Source: Paraphysomonas bandaiensis | Taxonomy: Eukaryota; Protista; Chrysophyceae | Reading direction: 5' to 3' | DNA length: 64,000 nucleotides | Assembly (NCBI GenBank): GCA_965644295.1 | Contig: CBFFRP010000041.1 | Location: forward strand, 288,854 to 352,853 | Part shown: piece after piece, positions 1-13,303 of the stretch | How the letters are laid out: each line of letters opens with the position of its first letter | How positions within the stretch are numbered: the first letter of the stretch is position 1 | Position numbers and translations under genes: made by a program | The notes under the pieces: model-generated | What the model was told of the DNA's origin: nothing | Database searches by the model: none | The model's input: only the letters and a program-made list of their open reading frames with translations

Positions 1-1225
1 CAGAGGTGTGCAGCTGTTTTGTTTGGAATGTTTTGTTTGACTCTCCACTTTCAGAACTCGCAGAACTAATGATTATCTATCGTCTATACGAAATATATTA
101 CAGGTTGTTGTTTTAGTGTAATTGTTGTTGATATTGTTGATTGCAGTATTGTGTAGGTGGCCAATATACCTACGAAGAAAGACAAGTTTTCTGTTATAAA
201 AAAGTGAGAGGTACTATATATATAATATATATTGTTGTAATATTAGGCATGTGTACAACAGCGCCCATGATTACGTTCTCTATCTGAAAAGCCACCTGCA
301 GATGGCTGAGTCTAGGATTGATCGAGCTCAGATATCATCTGCGAACGAGTCAGTGATAGACAGGTAGTGTGTTTTCATGAGTATGATTACTTGCGTGGCA
401 TGAATATTCCGTACAGACTAGGCGAGGGGCAAGCCATGGAATCGCAGGTAAGATTAGGCTAGTTAAATTCTGTTACGATTCAATTGTCTGTACAGGGATA
501 TGTTCGTATTGGGACGTTGGAAGATGGACCTCCGCTGTCAATATCGCAACTGTTCAGAAATGCAGGAGTAGCAATGGCTTTGGTGAACGTTGAAGGTTGC
601 TTAGTAGCATGCAACAAAGCTTTTGTTCAACTCACTAAGTTTACGAGGTACATATTTTATGTAGTATTTAGAGCACTAGCACGTACTCTTGGATGTCATT
701 TTGTTCTGTAGTATCGTATTGTTAGCTGAATTCTGAATATGTGGCACCACTGTGATATATATGTTGCAGTGTTTGCATGTGTTGTACCGGTAGTACAGCT
801 GCTGTTAGTCTTGTCTCTTGTATTCAGCTCATGGACTCATGGACTCTCCCTTTTTCCACAGAGAAGATGTGGAATCCAAACGTATTTCGGTGTTGAACTT
901 TGTTTCTGTTCGTGCGTGGAGTGAAATGTCTCATATGAATCAGGCGGTGAGGTTATTGTGGAGCCCATGTATATTTAGAGATCGTGAAGAGCTCTGCGTG
1001 GTGTCTATATGGCTTGTACTTGGTGACAACCCCGACCAGGTTGGGTGCTTTCATATGTCAATAAGTCCTGCTAGTGAATGCACAGGTAGTCAGATAACTA
1101 CAGTACCTTCGTTTCTGTCTAACAAGGTGGAATGTATTGTAGATTCCACTGAATCTAGCACTTGTCTCAAGCCCTCGTCAATTGCTGATTTCGTTCAGAG
1201 TTTTGAATCAATTGAGCAAATCTAG
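1..1225 (+). CDS. bHLH-PAS transcription factor (5'-partial, multi-exon)
   Basis: Hand-spliced exons give TRRTNDYLSSIRNILQ|VANIPTKKDKFSVIK-SAHDYVLYLKSHLQ (helix-loop-helix), then QLFRNAGVAMALVNVEGCLVACNKAFVQLTKF..REDVESKRISVLNFV (PAS-like). Introns are GT-AG; the start lies upstream of the window. Confidence 0.7.
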
Positions 1226-2609
1226 TGTTTAGCACTTATTTACAGACCCCAAAGTTACATCTTTGGTATCAATATGTTTTGTTGTTGTTTTCAAAATACT
1301 TTTTTAACTCATATGCAGTATGCAGTATAAATAGCGTTTTAGTTTGTAGAGTGTTTTATTACTCATTAGTCGTTGTGATAAAAGCTAGTTTATGCTTTAT
1401 TATAAAAATATATTAAATTATCAACATATAGTGTTAATTACAAGACAATTATTACAACACATGTGTTTCATAGTCATATTTAAGTTATGCTTAGTAAGAG
1501 TTGTCTACATCACAAGTGTAGTTTGTAGAGAAATGCTTTATATACTGGTAAATATTAAATACGGTTTACTAGTATTTACTATTGGTCATTTTAATCGTTG
1601 AGAAAAGTTTATAGTAATTACACTGGATAGACTCTTCATTATAATTGCATACACAATTGTGTGTGTAGTCATGTAAGACATATCAACCACTGCTCAACTT
1701 TCATATCTTGAATCGTCATGATACAATACTTCAGTTTCACAGTTATAGCTATATTAGTATCTTTGGCTACGTATTACTGTTTTTCACATTGTATTTAACG
1801 TATTCTACAGTATTATCTTAGAGAACCATACGTATTCCAACAACTAGATCATATGAATCACAGTAAATAAATAATCCGTATACTTCGCATCTTAAACAAT
1901 AGTTTTGAAAAGAGATTTGTACTCAACCAGAGCACTATTTTATTGTCGTGAGATGTACTGTACAATCTCTTATAATATTTTAGTGTATATATCATATATA
2001 GTATATATAATTTTAGTCTGTGCTGCAGGATTCATTCATTCATTCATTCATTCATTTTATAAATATGTACGTGAGTACACAAAAAATGATTAACACAGAA
2101 CACAGTTCAAAATAATATATACACATTTTTCTTCTGTATCTAGCAATTCGTTACGACGGTGGAGACAGTTCGTTACAATGATTGCAACAGTTCGTCGTTC
2201 TGTAATAGTTTAGTGTCGTGATCACTGATTAATATAGTGAATTTTAACGTGGTGAATAATACACACTAGCAATACACCAATCGGCTTCAATCTAACAACA
2301 GCATCACAGTGAAATTCCTTTATTCATAGTCAAAAGTATCTTTTAGTCATGAACTTCTAAACATAACATTTGTGAAGTTCAACGATAAAATGATTTTGAA
2401 CATTATTCTACCTCTACCAAGAAACCTGTAGTTGAAAACCTACGTTAAACCTCACTATAATAACATTCGCCTTTTCACATTGAAATTTCAAACCGTACTA
2501 TAGTCAAGACGAACCACACAGAAAGTAAATAAAAGTATATTAAAACAATACGAAGACATTAAACATTACCGGAATACTCAGATATATAACAGTACTCTAC
2601 AGGTACCTA

Positions 2610-3154
2610 CTATAAATCTATGTTATCAATTGTGGATTGTAAACGTGACAGATGCTTTTCTTTTTCGTCAGAATTATACACTAAAGATGACGTAACTGCA
2701 CTCTCACAGAGACTGCGTAAACTTTTGGTGCACGTTCGAGCACAGCTAGCAATCTTTAGTGTCCGTAACGACACCGGGATTTTCTTAAGTTCAGTGATGC
2801 AGAGTAGCGCAAAGCAGCATTCAGAGTAGTCAGACCTGGATAATAAATGTTATAAACCAACCCGATACTGGCCTCTAATGTACCTCGGTGTACGAACAAC
2901 ATATATAAGACTGTTGTTGTCTAGGAATCTGACAAACGAATTCAAACCAAATGCTCCGTATCCACAATCTCCAAATAATGTGAGTATTTTTTCCTGGTGG
3001 ATAATTCAGTGCATGTATTTATAGTGTAAGTGTCATATACCCGCAGAGCACTTTGCACATCATTAGCAGAGATTATGTCTCCGACCTGCTCTCCATTCCA
3101 CGATGGATCCACGAGAACTTGTCCCACAATGTATCGGAATTTTAATCTGACCAT
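2610..3154 (-). CDS. POP5: RNase P/MRP subunit POP5 (Rpp14/Pop5 family), 3 exons
   Basis: MVRLKFRY N-terminus. Removing introns 2994-3040 and 2836-2883 gives EKILTLFGDCGYG..IYVVRTPR..SLRTLKIASCARTCTK, which matches the Pop5 pattern. Confidence 0.85.
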
Positions 3155-6053
3155 AGGTCCAGTTAGTTCCAGTGGAAGAGTGTTAGCTCCTGTTCACTTA
3201 CATGCCCCATACACAACACACATACCATACATAGACACTTCGCTCATTGGATGAGACGTATACTATATACTCATATATTATGGTATTCCCACAGCAATAC
3301 ACGTTTTTGTGACTCTACAATGTCTTGAAACCCGGGATTTTGGGTAATCTAGAGTGAATACTCTGGATATATTTCATGACCAGCCTCGACTGCTGTACAT
3401 GCATACACACAGCAGATGATACTCAACATATCAGTGTATCATTGATCTCAGCTCTTCCGTAAACGACGTGTGTGAGGTATAAGGAAGGCGAGTCGTTCCT
3501 CCCTATGAGTAACTACGAAGAGGGACGGTACATAACTACAGCACTACAGATACCAGTGCGGCTATATATATATACATAGGCTAGGGCATATACACACTAG
3601 GGAATCTCTCGTAGGATTAACATCAGTCTGTATGTACGGGACAATGAATACAACTGAGGTGTCATATTTACAGTATGTTACAGTATGATGTACTGTGGAG
3701 AGGAATTCATTCATCCCAGACGAAGTCATCCACAGAGCACATGCAGCGCAAGTATCAGTGAACATGTGTGAACAGTATCACTTACTTCATATTATATATA
3801 CCGTCTTGTGTGTGATTATTCCTATCTTAAGCTTTATCGCTAATTAAATACTTCGAATTCCTTTCAACTTGTTGAAGAAGTTATGTAGGATTATTCAGCT
3901 AGTCTACTGGACACACCATCGCTATTGCTAACTGAGCACACAAACCGGCTTATTAGCTAATTCTGGGTCTGTTCCGACACCTTTGTTATTGAATATTCTA
4001 GAGCAGCCTGTGAAAATTTCCACCCCATATGAAAGTGTTGAACAGGTTGCATTGATGCTGAAAGAGCTGAAGTAAAAATGCAAAAAGTTCTTTTAGTCAA
4101 AAGCCAAGTTTACTAGCCGTGGAACGTGACAAATGTGTAGAAGTATAAAAGTGGCACTGCCGCTGATGACACCTCAAGGGAAACAGGCTGAAGAAAGTCG
4201 AAAAAAAATGGTCGCTGGTATATAAGAGTTTACATATAATATTGACGACTCTGATGAGGAATGGGGTACTGTAAGTATAAGTGTAGGCTAGTTCTGTAAT
4301 CTACGGAAAATCAAGCCTTTGATTCGGCGATTTGTAAACCCCAAAGCATTTCTTCTTCGACAACCCAAAGCAAACATCACTTTTCAATTAGCTATATTAC
4401 GAGCTCTTTGGTCCTCCACAAATGTCATATATTTGTTTTGACCGTTGGTGGTAAACAATGTACACACACAAATAGGGGGAGGGGAGGAATGCCTAAGTGA
4501 CGTGAGCTGGCTCCTTTCACTCCCCCTATTTGTGTGTTGGTGTTGAGTGCGAGGCTCTTGGCGTTTTGACTGTTCAGGAATGATGGTGTGGGTTTGAAAA
4601 TAAAAAGTTCTCTCGCTTGAGTAATAGCCCTTGAAACCGTACTAATTTTTGCACTAAATAATACATGGTATTTATTTTGCATTGACTATAAGTGAATAAT
4701 TTGGCCTGTAGTATCTACCAGCTCTAGCACCATGTATCCCTCTGTTGACCACCTCAACCCAATAGCTGTCTCCATGAATACTGTATATGAAAATCAAGTG
4801 CCCTTGTGCGCTTTGCCCCTGACAACTTTTTTGTAGTAAGTGCATCAGTAATTTCCAGGTTACCGTTTACCATATTCGATGGTGTGATTTAACAATTTTC
4901 TCAAAAGCCATTTCAAATCATCTATAGATAGGTATCTCACGTGCTCTTATTATTAGCAATAGGCGCTTAAAACCTGCGCTCCATATCATTAGGCACGTCC
5001 AGATTCCAGATGAATTGCGGTATTAGATGTATCTACATGCTTGATGACACCCATCTTCCTGAAATGTTCGCATATTCCTAAAAACCTGAGTATTATTTCC
5101 TTCATTGAACCGTCCTATACATACAAGTTGAGCTTGTTGGGTTTTCGCCATATTTACACTGCCTGCTACTATCACATACTTCTGTATTCGCACCTCCTTC
5201 TATTAGTCACATCATTCACCGAATCGTTTTCAGAATGATGATCAGTGAATTCAAATATACAGAAACTTTATTCAATTTTCTCCTCTTCCGCACTCATCCT
5301 CCGCAATATGAAGTAGTTGTTTACTGGGATTCGTATCAATCAGTTGTCAGTTAATTGACGCATGTTATAGGCAATTATGCTTGCAATTATTACTTTCTGT
5401 CCCAATTAATTGACAATTAAAATAGTATATACTATACAGTATATATAGCTTACTCAACGATTCATTCTAGTAGCAACGATTCATGTGTACCTCTAAATGA
5501 CGAGGAGTCACTCTTGAGAAAATCAATAATAACAATCTAAGCTCTATTGAACTTTCTACATTATTGTATGTGGCACACACTACACACGGACTATATAGTG
5601 TTGTATATTCAATAATATTATTATTGCTGAGGGGCTATCTATAGTATTGCAATATATTGTTCCCTAGCCTTGGTATATATGTATATATTGTATTCCATAA
5701 AGTCAACCTTTGACTACAAGAACTGTTGGCGTCTGATGCGAGAATGAGAAGAGTAGTTTTGTTCACATGAATTGAGTGAAAGAGACTGCATGATTTGTAC
5801 TCCTCTATTAAACTATATCAATCCTATATATCATATTGCGATATTTTTACATAATTTATAAAAATATAGCATTCTCTTCTTACTGCCTTCGTCAACTTAA
5901 AAATAATGCAGTTGTAGTTCACTTCACCAACTAAAAATTAACCGTCAAGTACAGTCAACACAGTATTTAGTAAATATTCAAATGTAATGTAATGGCACTT
6001 ACTACGAGAAGAGAGCAAAAAGTATTATACTATTGTTTACATGTCGAACGAAT

Positions 6054-7664
6054 TCATTTATTGTTCTGTACATAATTAGGAGAGGTACAATGGTGACTTG
6101 GCATGGACTTGTCAGGTAGCTGAGAATTTCCAGGTGAGGGAGGTGGAGGTGGTGGCCCGGAAGGAGGAGGTGGAGGCGGACGAAATTTACGGTACTGCGA
6201 GTTCCTCCAACTTGTCTTTTTCCTGTCGTGACCTGTTGAAGTTGATAAACCATTCACGCTCACTGCATTCCGGTCCCTACAACTAACGGAAGTCACTTCT
6301 GTCTCCCGGCAGGTGACAGGGTCCACTCCATCACAAGTTCCGGCTATTGTGGTTGGTACCAAAGGCAGACGATAGGGTGGCAGCGTGCCACCGTCCGCAG
6401 TAAAAAATACGTGATCCATCGCAGCTGCGGCACTTATACGCTGTAAAACGAACAAAGTTATCATCTATGTTATACTGATATCATCTCACCTCATCAGGAT
6501 TAAGACAGAGTAATTCTTCCAGTAGTAGAATGACATTGGCGGGGAATTTTTCAAACCGCTCTCGAATACGACAAGGATACTCTTTCGATATCTGATATTT
6601 CTCCCACCCTTCGCACAGCTTAAGCCGATCTGCTGCTGAACCAGTAGGACTTCCACACAGTTCATACACAGCCTCTAGTTGATCGATTTCTTTCTTTGGA
6701 CGCCCCGGCCAAATAATGTCTCTTGTCATCATCTCCACCATCACACATCTGAAACGGCAAGAAATGTCGTAAGGCTTCAATCTTTGACAACAAAGCTGGT
6801 AGCTTACCCCACTGACCACATATCTACCTCGGGCCCGTATCGTCTGGATTCTAATAACAATTCTGGGCAGCGATACCAAAGCGTGACCACTGTGCCAGTC
6901 ATCCTACAGGCACTCTTTAAAAATGGAAGAAGAAAGACACATGGAATCGAGCTATCATACCTTTGGGAGTTGCAGAGGTATGACCTCGCCAGTCCCCAGT
7001 CAGCTATTTTAAGCCTATTATCCCTACCGATTAAAATGTTTGCGCCCTTTATATCTCGATGCAAAATTTTATGCTGGTGCATATATTTTACTCCAGAAAG
7101 GAGTTGCTTTGCATAGCACCGAATATGATCATGTGATAGAGTCTGGAATTAGACATCAATAGATGAGCACATGATAAATACATTGTACACATAAGACGCG
7201 CTACCATGTGTTTAGATGCTATCAGGGTACTCAAGTTAAAGTCCATTAACTCTAAAACCATAAATACTGCCCCTTCTTCTATTCCATGACCAGCATTCCT
7301 TGAGTCTAAGCAACAAAATGAATCGCTAATACAACGACATCAAACCATACCCTCATCACATGACAGTATTTCTAACAAGCTGATTATATTTTCATGTTTG
7401 ATGGATTTTAGTATCTTGATTTCTCTCATGGCGGTGACTGGGAACCCATGTTTCTCCGTCTTCATCTTCACCATCTTAAGCGCCACACTCTTGTGTGTAG
7501 TGCGGTCGGTTGCGCGGAACACTGCCCCGTATACGCCGGACCCTATCTCCTTATCGATGTTCATGCAGCTCACATCACGTGTATCTGTTGACGGGTCATG
7601 TCAGATACGCATATATCATGTGAGTTATCATACATCTCCTACGCTTATTTCTGGAGTCGTCCAT
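6054..7664 (-). CDS. Cyclin-dependent kinase, CDK9/12/13 (plant CDKC)-like, with proline-rich C-tail
   Basis: GSGVYG, VALK, FPVTAMREIKIL (PITALRE-like), HRDIKGANIL, DWGLAR, VVTLWYRCPELLL, DMWSVG across short introns; ATG at 7664. Confidence 0.9.
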
Positions 7665-8136
7665 ACCAGTAAATGACCGCAGCTAACTGTAACAATAAAC
7701 AAATAGGTGGACTGATGTATAGACGGAGCAGTGGGGTTTAATGCTGTGTATGTATGATAGAATAGATATGCATGAGGTCAGAGTGTTGAGTACGCGTTTA
7801 CTTGTACAGTAACATTGTACTGATGTACATCCAGCAGTACTGCGGTACAGTGCAGTGTGACCCGCGGTACTACGACGTACTGCTGTATTTGTGTGTTTCT
7901 ATCGTGTGTGGTTGGTCATCTAGACTTCTTGCGAGTCGTACTGTGCGTATTCTATACCTACAGCAGTATATACCAGTGTCATACAACATATCCATATACA
8001 GAGCAGCGCAGAAGATACAGTTGTATGACACTGGCGGTCTAACGTGACGTTGAGCGATATATACATGCATGTTATGCTCAGAGTTACATTTGCTCAGGCC
8101 CTGATACATTTGCACTATATATATCACTGACCTACA

Positions 8137-8705
8137 ATGATGAGATTCATTCCCCGTAGTACCTCATCCTTTATGATGAGTAAGTGGTATGGTGCACAGG
8201 CCAGGAAGGTACATTCTAAGAATATCTCTGCTTGTCGACATGAGATAGTGAATATCATGCACGAATTTATGTGGTGTATTGATAAAAACGAACCAGAGAG
8301 GTTTGCCGATCTGTTCACCGATACTGGTACTGTACTAATTGCAAAGACTGGAACCAGTATTACTGGGAGGGACAACCTAATGGAGTTATGCTCTGGACTA
8401 CATCAGCGATTCGCTCCTGCATTGCATTTTGTAAGTCATCGTATCATCTTTTCCTTTGTTGTCATATATCTGTAATTTAGGAATCTAATATTGTGCTTGA
8501 CATTTCTTGCGATTCGAGTGCCAGCAATAAATCCTATTGGTATGCAGTGCTTGGCGGAGATATCATTTCCACGGGATTCCACTACGACCAATTTGCAACA
8601 ACAACCGATATTAATGGTAATCTTGTTTGGAAATTTAATCATCGTATCGTGGAACATCACTGGACGAAGAGTGGGGGCCATGAAAACTACAAACAACATG
8701 AATAA
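8137..8705 (+). CDS. SnoaL-like / NTF2-fold protein, 2 exons
   Basis: RHEIVNIMHEFMWCID..ERFADLFTDTG..GRDNL..HF|ESNIVLD..TGFHYDQF..WKFNHRIV pattern; intron 8431-8480. Confidence 0.75.
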
Positions 8706-10180
8706 TGGCTCTAAACGTTACTGCAATACACTATAGAATCTGTAGAAGTGATAGAAACATGTGAATAATTTTATGGCTAGGTATTTAATCTAAATGATAA
8801 GTAGTTATTGTATTAGTCTTCAAGCGCTTACTACTCAAACACGGTGCCTTCTGCGTAACACGTAGTCACATCGGTTATGGGTTTTGACAGCATATGCACA
8901 CAGGTATATCGTTGAGTACTTGAGGACATGACATCGATTTTATACATACACATGACACATGTACAAGGATACGTTGTAGTGCAATATAATAGGACTAAAT
9001 GATAAGAAACGAGAAAATCTAATTTATACAGGAGAAAGAAAAGATATTACATTTGTGTAACCTCAGAATGTCACATTTACAATGGTATAATAATTTCCTC
9101 GCGTGTTCACAAGACTTAAAAGGGACTCAGGAGATGAGCGGAGACGCTAGTACGATCATGGATATTGGAGGGACGAACAGAAGACAGATCTGTCGGAACA
9201 GATTTAAATGAAGGGAAGGCATTTCCGGTTATGAGGAGCCGGATTACGCTGCCTTCATGTAGAGATTTACCTGTTAAAATGGAATAGAGAATAGAGTGTC
9301 TGAATTTGCAAAATCTGCACTATTTGGGGGAAAGCCGGCGACTTTTGCTGAATATTTTGGGAAGTGTGAAATCAGAGTGAGCGGAGTAATATAGGCACTA
9401 ATCGAAACTGTTTTAATGTACCAGTTGATCAGACATCGACAAATATGGTCGAGTAGACTTCCTGAAAAGTAGCTGTCAGTATATAGGCGCCAACATCGTC
9501 TGACAGCATTGGACGTTGTCATATTGTATCATACAGAAGAAAACTATGTTCCTGCTGCGCGAGTACAAAGGTGGATGTTTATGCACCCCCGACAGCCCAC
9601 GTGAGTGCACTAAGCGAATCATGTAACTTGTTATTTGGTCACGCAACAGTACAGCCGCAGCACAATACGGTCTATGCATGTATATGTGTGTGGGTGTTCT
9701 GTATGTGTGTGTGTGTATCTGCTGCGGTATTATTCATATGATCATACGAGTCTCTCTCCTCATGAGGAGCACACACCACTATACACCACTATGACCACAC
9801 ACTGTTGATAGTCCTCACTCGTGTCTGTGAGTAGAGGCAGCAGCAGAGCCTCTGAATCATGTACTCATATATGCATATATCCACATCACATTCACTTCGA
9901 AGTCACTCACAGGAGCACTCTCATAATGGTAGACAACTGTCCAGTTTATGTGGGAAACCCCAGGTTTGTTGGAGAAACCATCCAGTAAAACCATGGTTTT
10001 ATAGTCAGAAGCCTTATGCATGTACAGCAGTATGTACATGTATGTGTGTGTGTGTATGTATGTACAGTATACTGTGAGTGTAGGAGGAGCTCGAGCGGGT
10101 GTTGTATTGGAGGATTTCAGAGTGGGTTGCGGTGTTGAGGTGGAATATATGCAGCTGTTTTCTTTAATTGAGAGTGTTGC

Positions 10181-11452
10181 ATGAAGTGTTTGTTGTTGTT
10201 TTTGTTTCCTGTGTTGTGTGTGTGTATATATGGGGATGGTCGAGTGGGGCTGTCGCCTGTTATCGGAGTGCCTCATACATTCGCCCAATACATCATCGAT
10301 AAGTTTAACTCAGATGAGAATGAGAGGATGGCGGAGGCTTTGTCTCGCACAGGCTCAAAGACTATTGATCGGTGGACGGCGAGCAGCAGTCCGTTTATAA
10401 CGGGTAACGGGTTCCGTCAGCTGTGCTTCCCTCATGTTATCGATAAGGCGGGGGGGAGGTGCAATGTGTCTACGGCTATCATGCAGGCTGTTCCGAGTGG
10501 TATGTTTATATTGTTATGTGAGATGGAGTGACTTGTAGCTGTTAGGGAAGTGCCTGTACATAACATCAGACTGTATGGGTAAGGTTATCAATGAATTTCT
10601 CCCAACTGTTCGCAATAAGATTACGCTTGTGGTTCACAATGGCGATCAATCTGTGCCTGACGGCCAGACTGATAAGCAGCTAGGTTGGTGATTGCATTCG
10701 TGGCGATAGTCTGTGACTGTTTTGTAGGGTTACAGACGTGGAAGACCTTACCAACTTTACAGGCCGCTCAAGAAAACGGAAATATATTGGCTGTACACGC
10801 ACAAAATCTTTGGTGGACCGATTGGCGTACTATTCCGCGGCCTTCCTGGCTTCATTGTCTTCCGATTGGTTTGGAAAATAGAGGTTGGTCAAAAGGAGGC
10901 AATTTGGTCAATTACATCAACATGATTCGGGAGGTAGTTCTAGGTCGTCCTGCGGACTACCACCTGCATAGTCGTCCTTTGCTTCTAGTTGCCTTCTCCC
11001 CCAAAAGAATATCCCCAGACAGGAAGACAGCTCTAGACGCTCTTGCCCTAAACGCGGCTGGTACCTCTGTTCCCTTCTACAATCGCACTGCCCTCCCACA
11101 TGGCCATTGGTTGCAGGCTATAGGACTTCACCGGTTTACGCTTTGCCCCTTCGGGCATGGACTTGACACGCACCGACTGTGGGAAGTTTTACTGATGGGT
11201 GGCGTGCCAGTTGTGCGCCGTAGCTCTATAACCTCTTGTCTGGATGACTCAGACAACCAGTTAGGAGATGTTATAAGAGGCTCTTTGCCAATTGTGGTTG
11301 TAGACTCATGGTCTGATGTCACGAAAGAGTTTTTGGAAACCAAATGGGTTGAACTAAGTTCACCTCGGGAACCTGGTCGAGAATGGGACTACAGCAGAAT
11401 TATACTGTCTCACTGGGAGAAGCGTATACTCAGTGGCCACAGAAGAGTTTAG
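10181..11452 (+). CDS. Exostosin/GT47-like glycosyltransferase with N-terminal signal/anchor, 3 exons
   Basis: Hydrophobic N-terminus, PFITGNGFR, LVVHNGD, LPIGLENR, HRFTLCPFGHGLDTHRLWEVLLMGGVPVV, LPIVVVDSWSDVT. Confidence 0.75.
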
Positions 11453-11729
11453 AGAAGTAGTACGTAGACACAGATTGATTTTTTAGGGTTAGATTGAAAT
11501 GTTGATGTTTGTGCGCGCAAATCGGAATCTTTGGGATGAGACTATAGCTCAGAAAGTTATTCTAAAATTTAGCAATAGAATTAAATTGCAATGCGATTAA
11601 TTGAATGCTTGATTAATAATTGCAATTACTGTTGTTGGATATCTGTCACCATCATTTCCAATTTATTGTTACGCAAGCCTCGCGAGTGCAGTGTAGTAGG
11701 TATGTGATTATAATGCCATTACCATGAAT

Positions 11730-11744
11730 GGTTACCAGGCCCTG
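11730..11744. mobile_element. Solo terminal inverted repeat of the hAT family seen at 42490-43235
   Basis: Exact GGTTACCAGGCCCTG preceded by AATGCCATTACCA subterminal-like sequence; no partner end found nearby. Confidence 0.65.
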
Positions 11745-11929
11745 ACGTAGGTACCACGTATGAATAGCAGTTGATCACTTAGTAGTGATGTTTCAACCAA
11801 ACTATCGACATGTGTAAAATCACTTCTCCACTAAGAGCGACAGTGAGTGCACACTTGGTGCTTGCGGTGACGCACATGCAGCTTTCGCACTATCACTCAA
11901 AGCAAACGCAGTGAGCAATATGTTCTCGA

Positions 11930-12570
11930 ATGAAGTGATATCGAATTGCGATATTTTCGTACGGCAATGATGACTGCACCTTTATTATCGCACCAAATAG
12001 TTGTGGAGAATGGAAGTTTGAAACCAATTTCTGATAATAAAGAGCGTAGCCGTACTGACGATAAGGCCATATAGTCTTCAGTAGACGACAGTGCCACTGT
12101 TGTCTGTAATCGAGATTGCCATGATATAAGACAATTACCTATGAAAAATGTAAAAGCTGTAGAGGACCGTCGAGTGTGGTGACATCGCGTGTTATCCTGA
12201 CAATGTTATGTGGGATCAATGATTGTATTCATGCAAATCATAATTGAATGAGAGCAACATTGGTGAATGAATTGGTTTACAATTAGACATATTGATTTTT
12301 TTCAGTAGTTTGGTGACATATTGTTCCTGACTTAGAGTCGTGATATTCATATCGAAGTCCTGGTGAATGGAAATGCCTAAACAATAATCTAAGAGTCCGA
12401 GATCCGTAATTTCGAACTTCTTGGCTAGACAGTTTTTGAAGTCTTGAATATCAGTGTCTAATGCAGATGCGATGATAATGTCATCAACAATAATGGCGAT
12501 GAACATAATCTTGCCATCGATCTGTTTTTTTTAATATACAAGGATCAGATATTAGTCTTGTTAAAGTTTT
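11930..12570 (-). mobile_element. Degenerate Ty1/Copia RT-RNase H fragment
   Basis: IIVDDIIIAS (YVDD-like), FEITDLGLLDYCLGI, LSQEQYVTKLL, WQSRLQTTVALSSTE, WCDNKGA; broken by stops and deletions. Confidence 0.85.
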
Positions 12571-13303
12571 TGATCGAGAATTATTATGTTTACACACAAT
12601 TGCTTTGAGTTCCATGTACTCTTCGGTATACCGTTCAATGTCTGCAGCTGAATCGGGTCATCGAGTTCAATGAGGCGCGCGGTATGACCATTGTTGTCTA
12701 CTAGGCCACGGTACGCTGCATACATTGAACGGTATACCAAAGAGTACACGGAATCCAAAGCAATCGTTTGTAGACATATTAATTCTCGACCAAAAGCTTT
12801 ACCAAACAAATCCAGCGAATCAGATCGAGACCTCGATATAGTTAATGGATCTCAAGATCTCAAGTATCTTCAACAGATGCAATCATTAATTCAGTTCATA
12901 ATATATTTCACTGAACATTATACTTCACATATACTATCTCATAGGAAGATTAATCTTAAAATAACTATTGCATAGTATGATATTATTAGAGAAGTCGTAG
13001 TTCAACAAGATCGTATTTTATCTATCGATTCTTTCGCAAAGTACAGTTTGCAAAGATCTCATCACACAATAAACTAATATCCCTTTTAGAAACTACTGTT
13101 TTTTCTCATTTTAGTTGAATTTGAATGTGTTTTAGGTAAATAATATACATGTGTAGCTGTAGACATTGTAGAAACAATATAAGCACACGAAAATTGAGAC
13201 TACGAAAAATTACTACACACAAAATGTATTCAATTACACATTACACTTACTACGCGAAACTAATTGTTTTACAATAACAGAATAGTGACTTGATATATCG
13301 GTC

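Noticed and set aside
9050-9520. Possible minus-strand coding segment
   Set aside because: An open stretch exists, but I could not build a gene model or recognise a domain.
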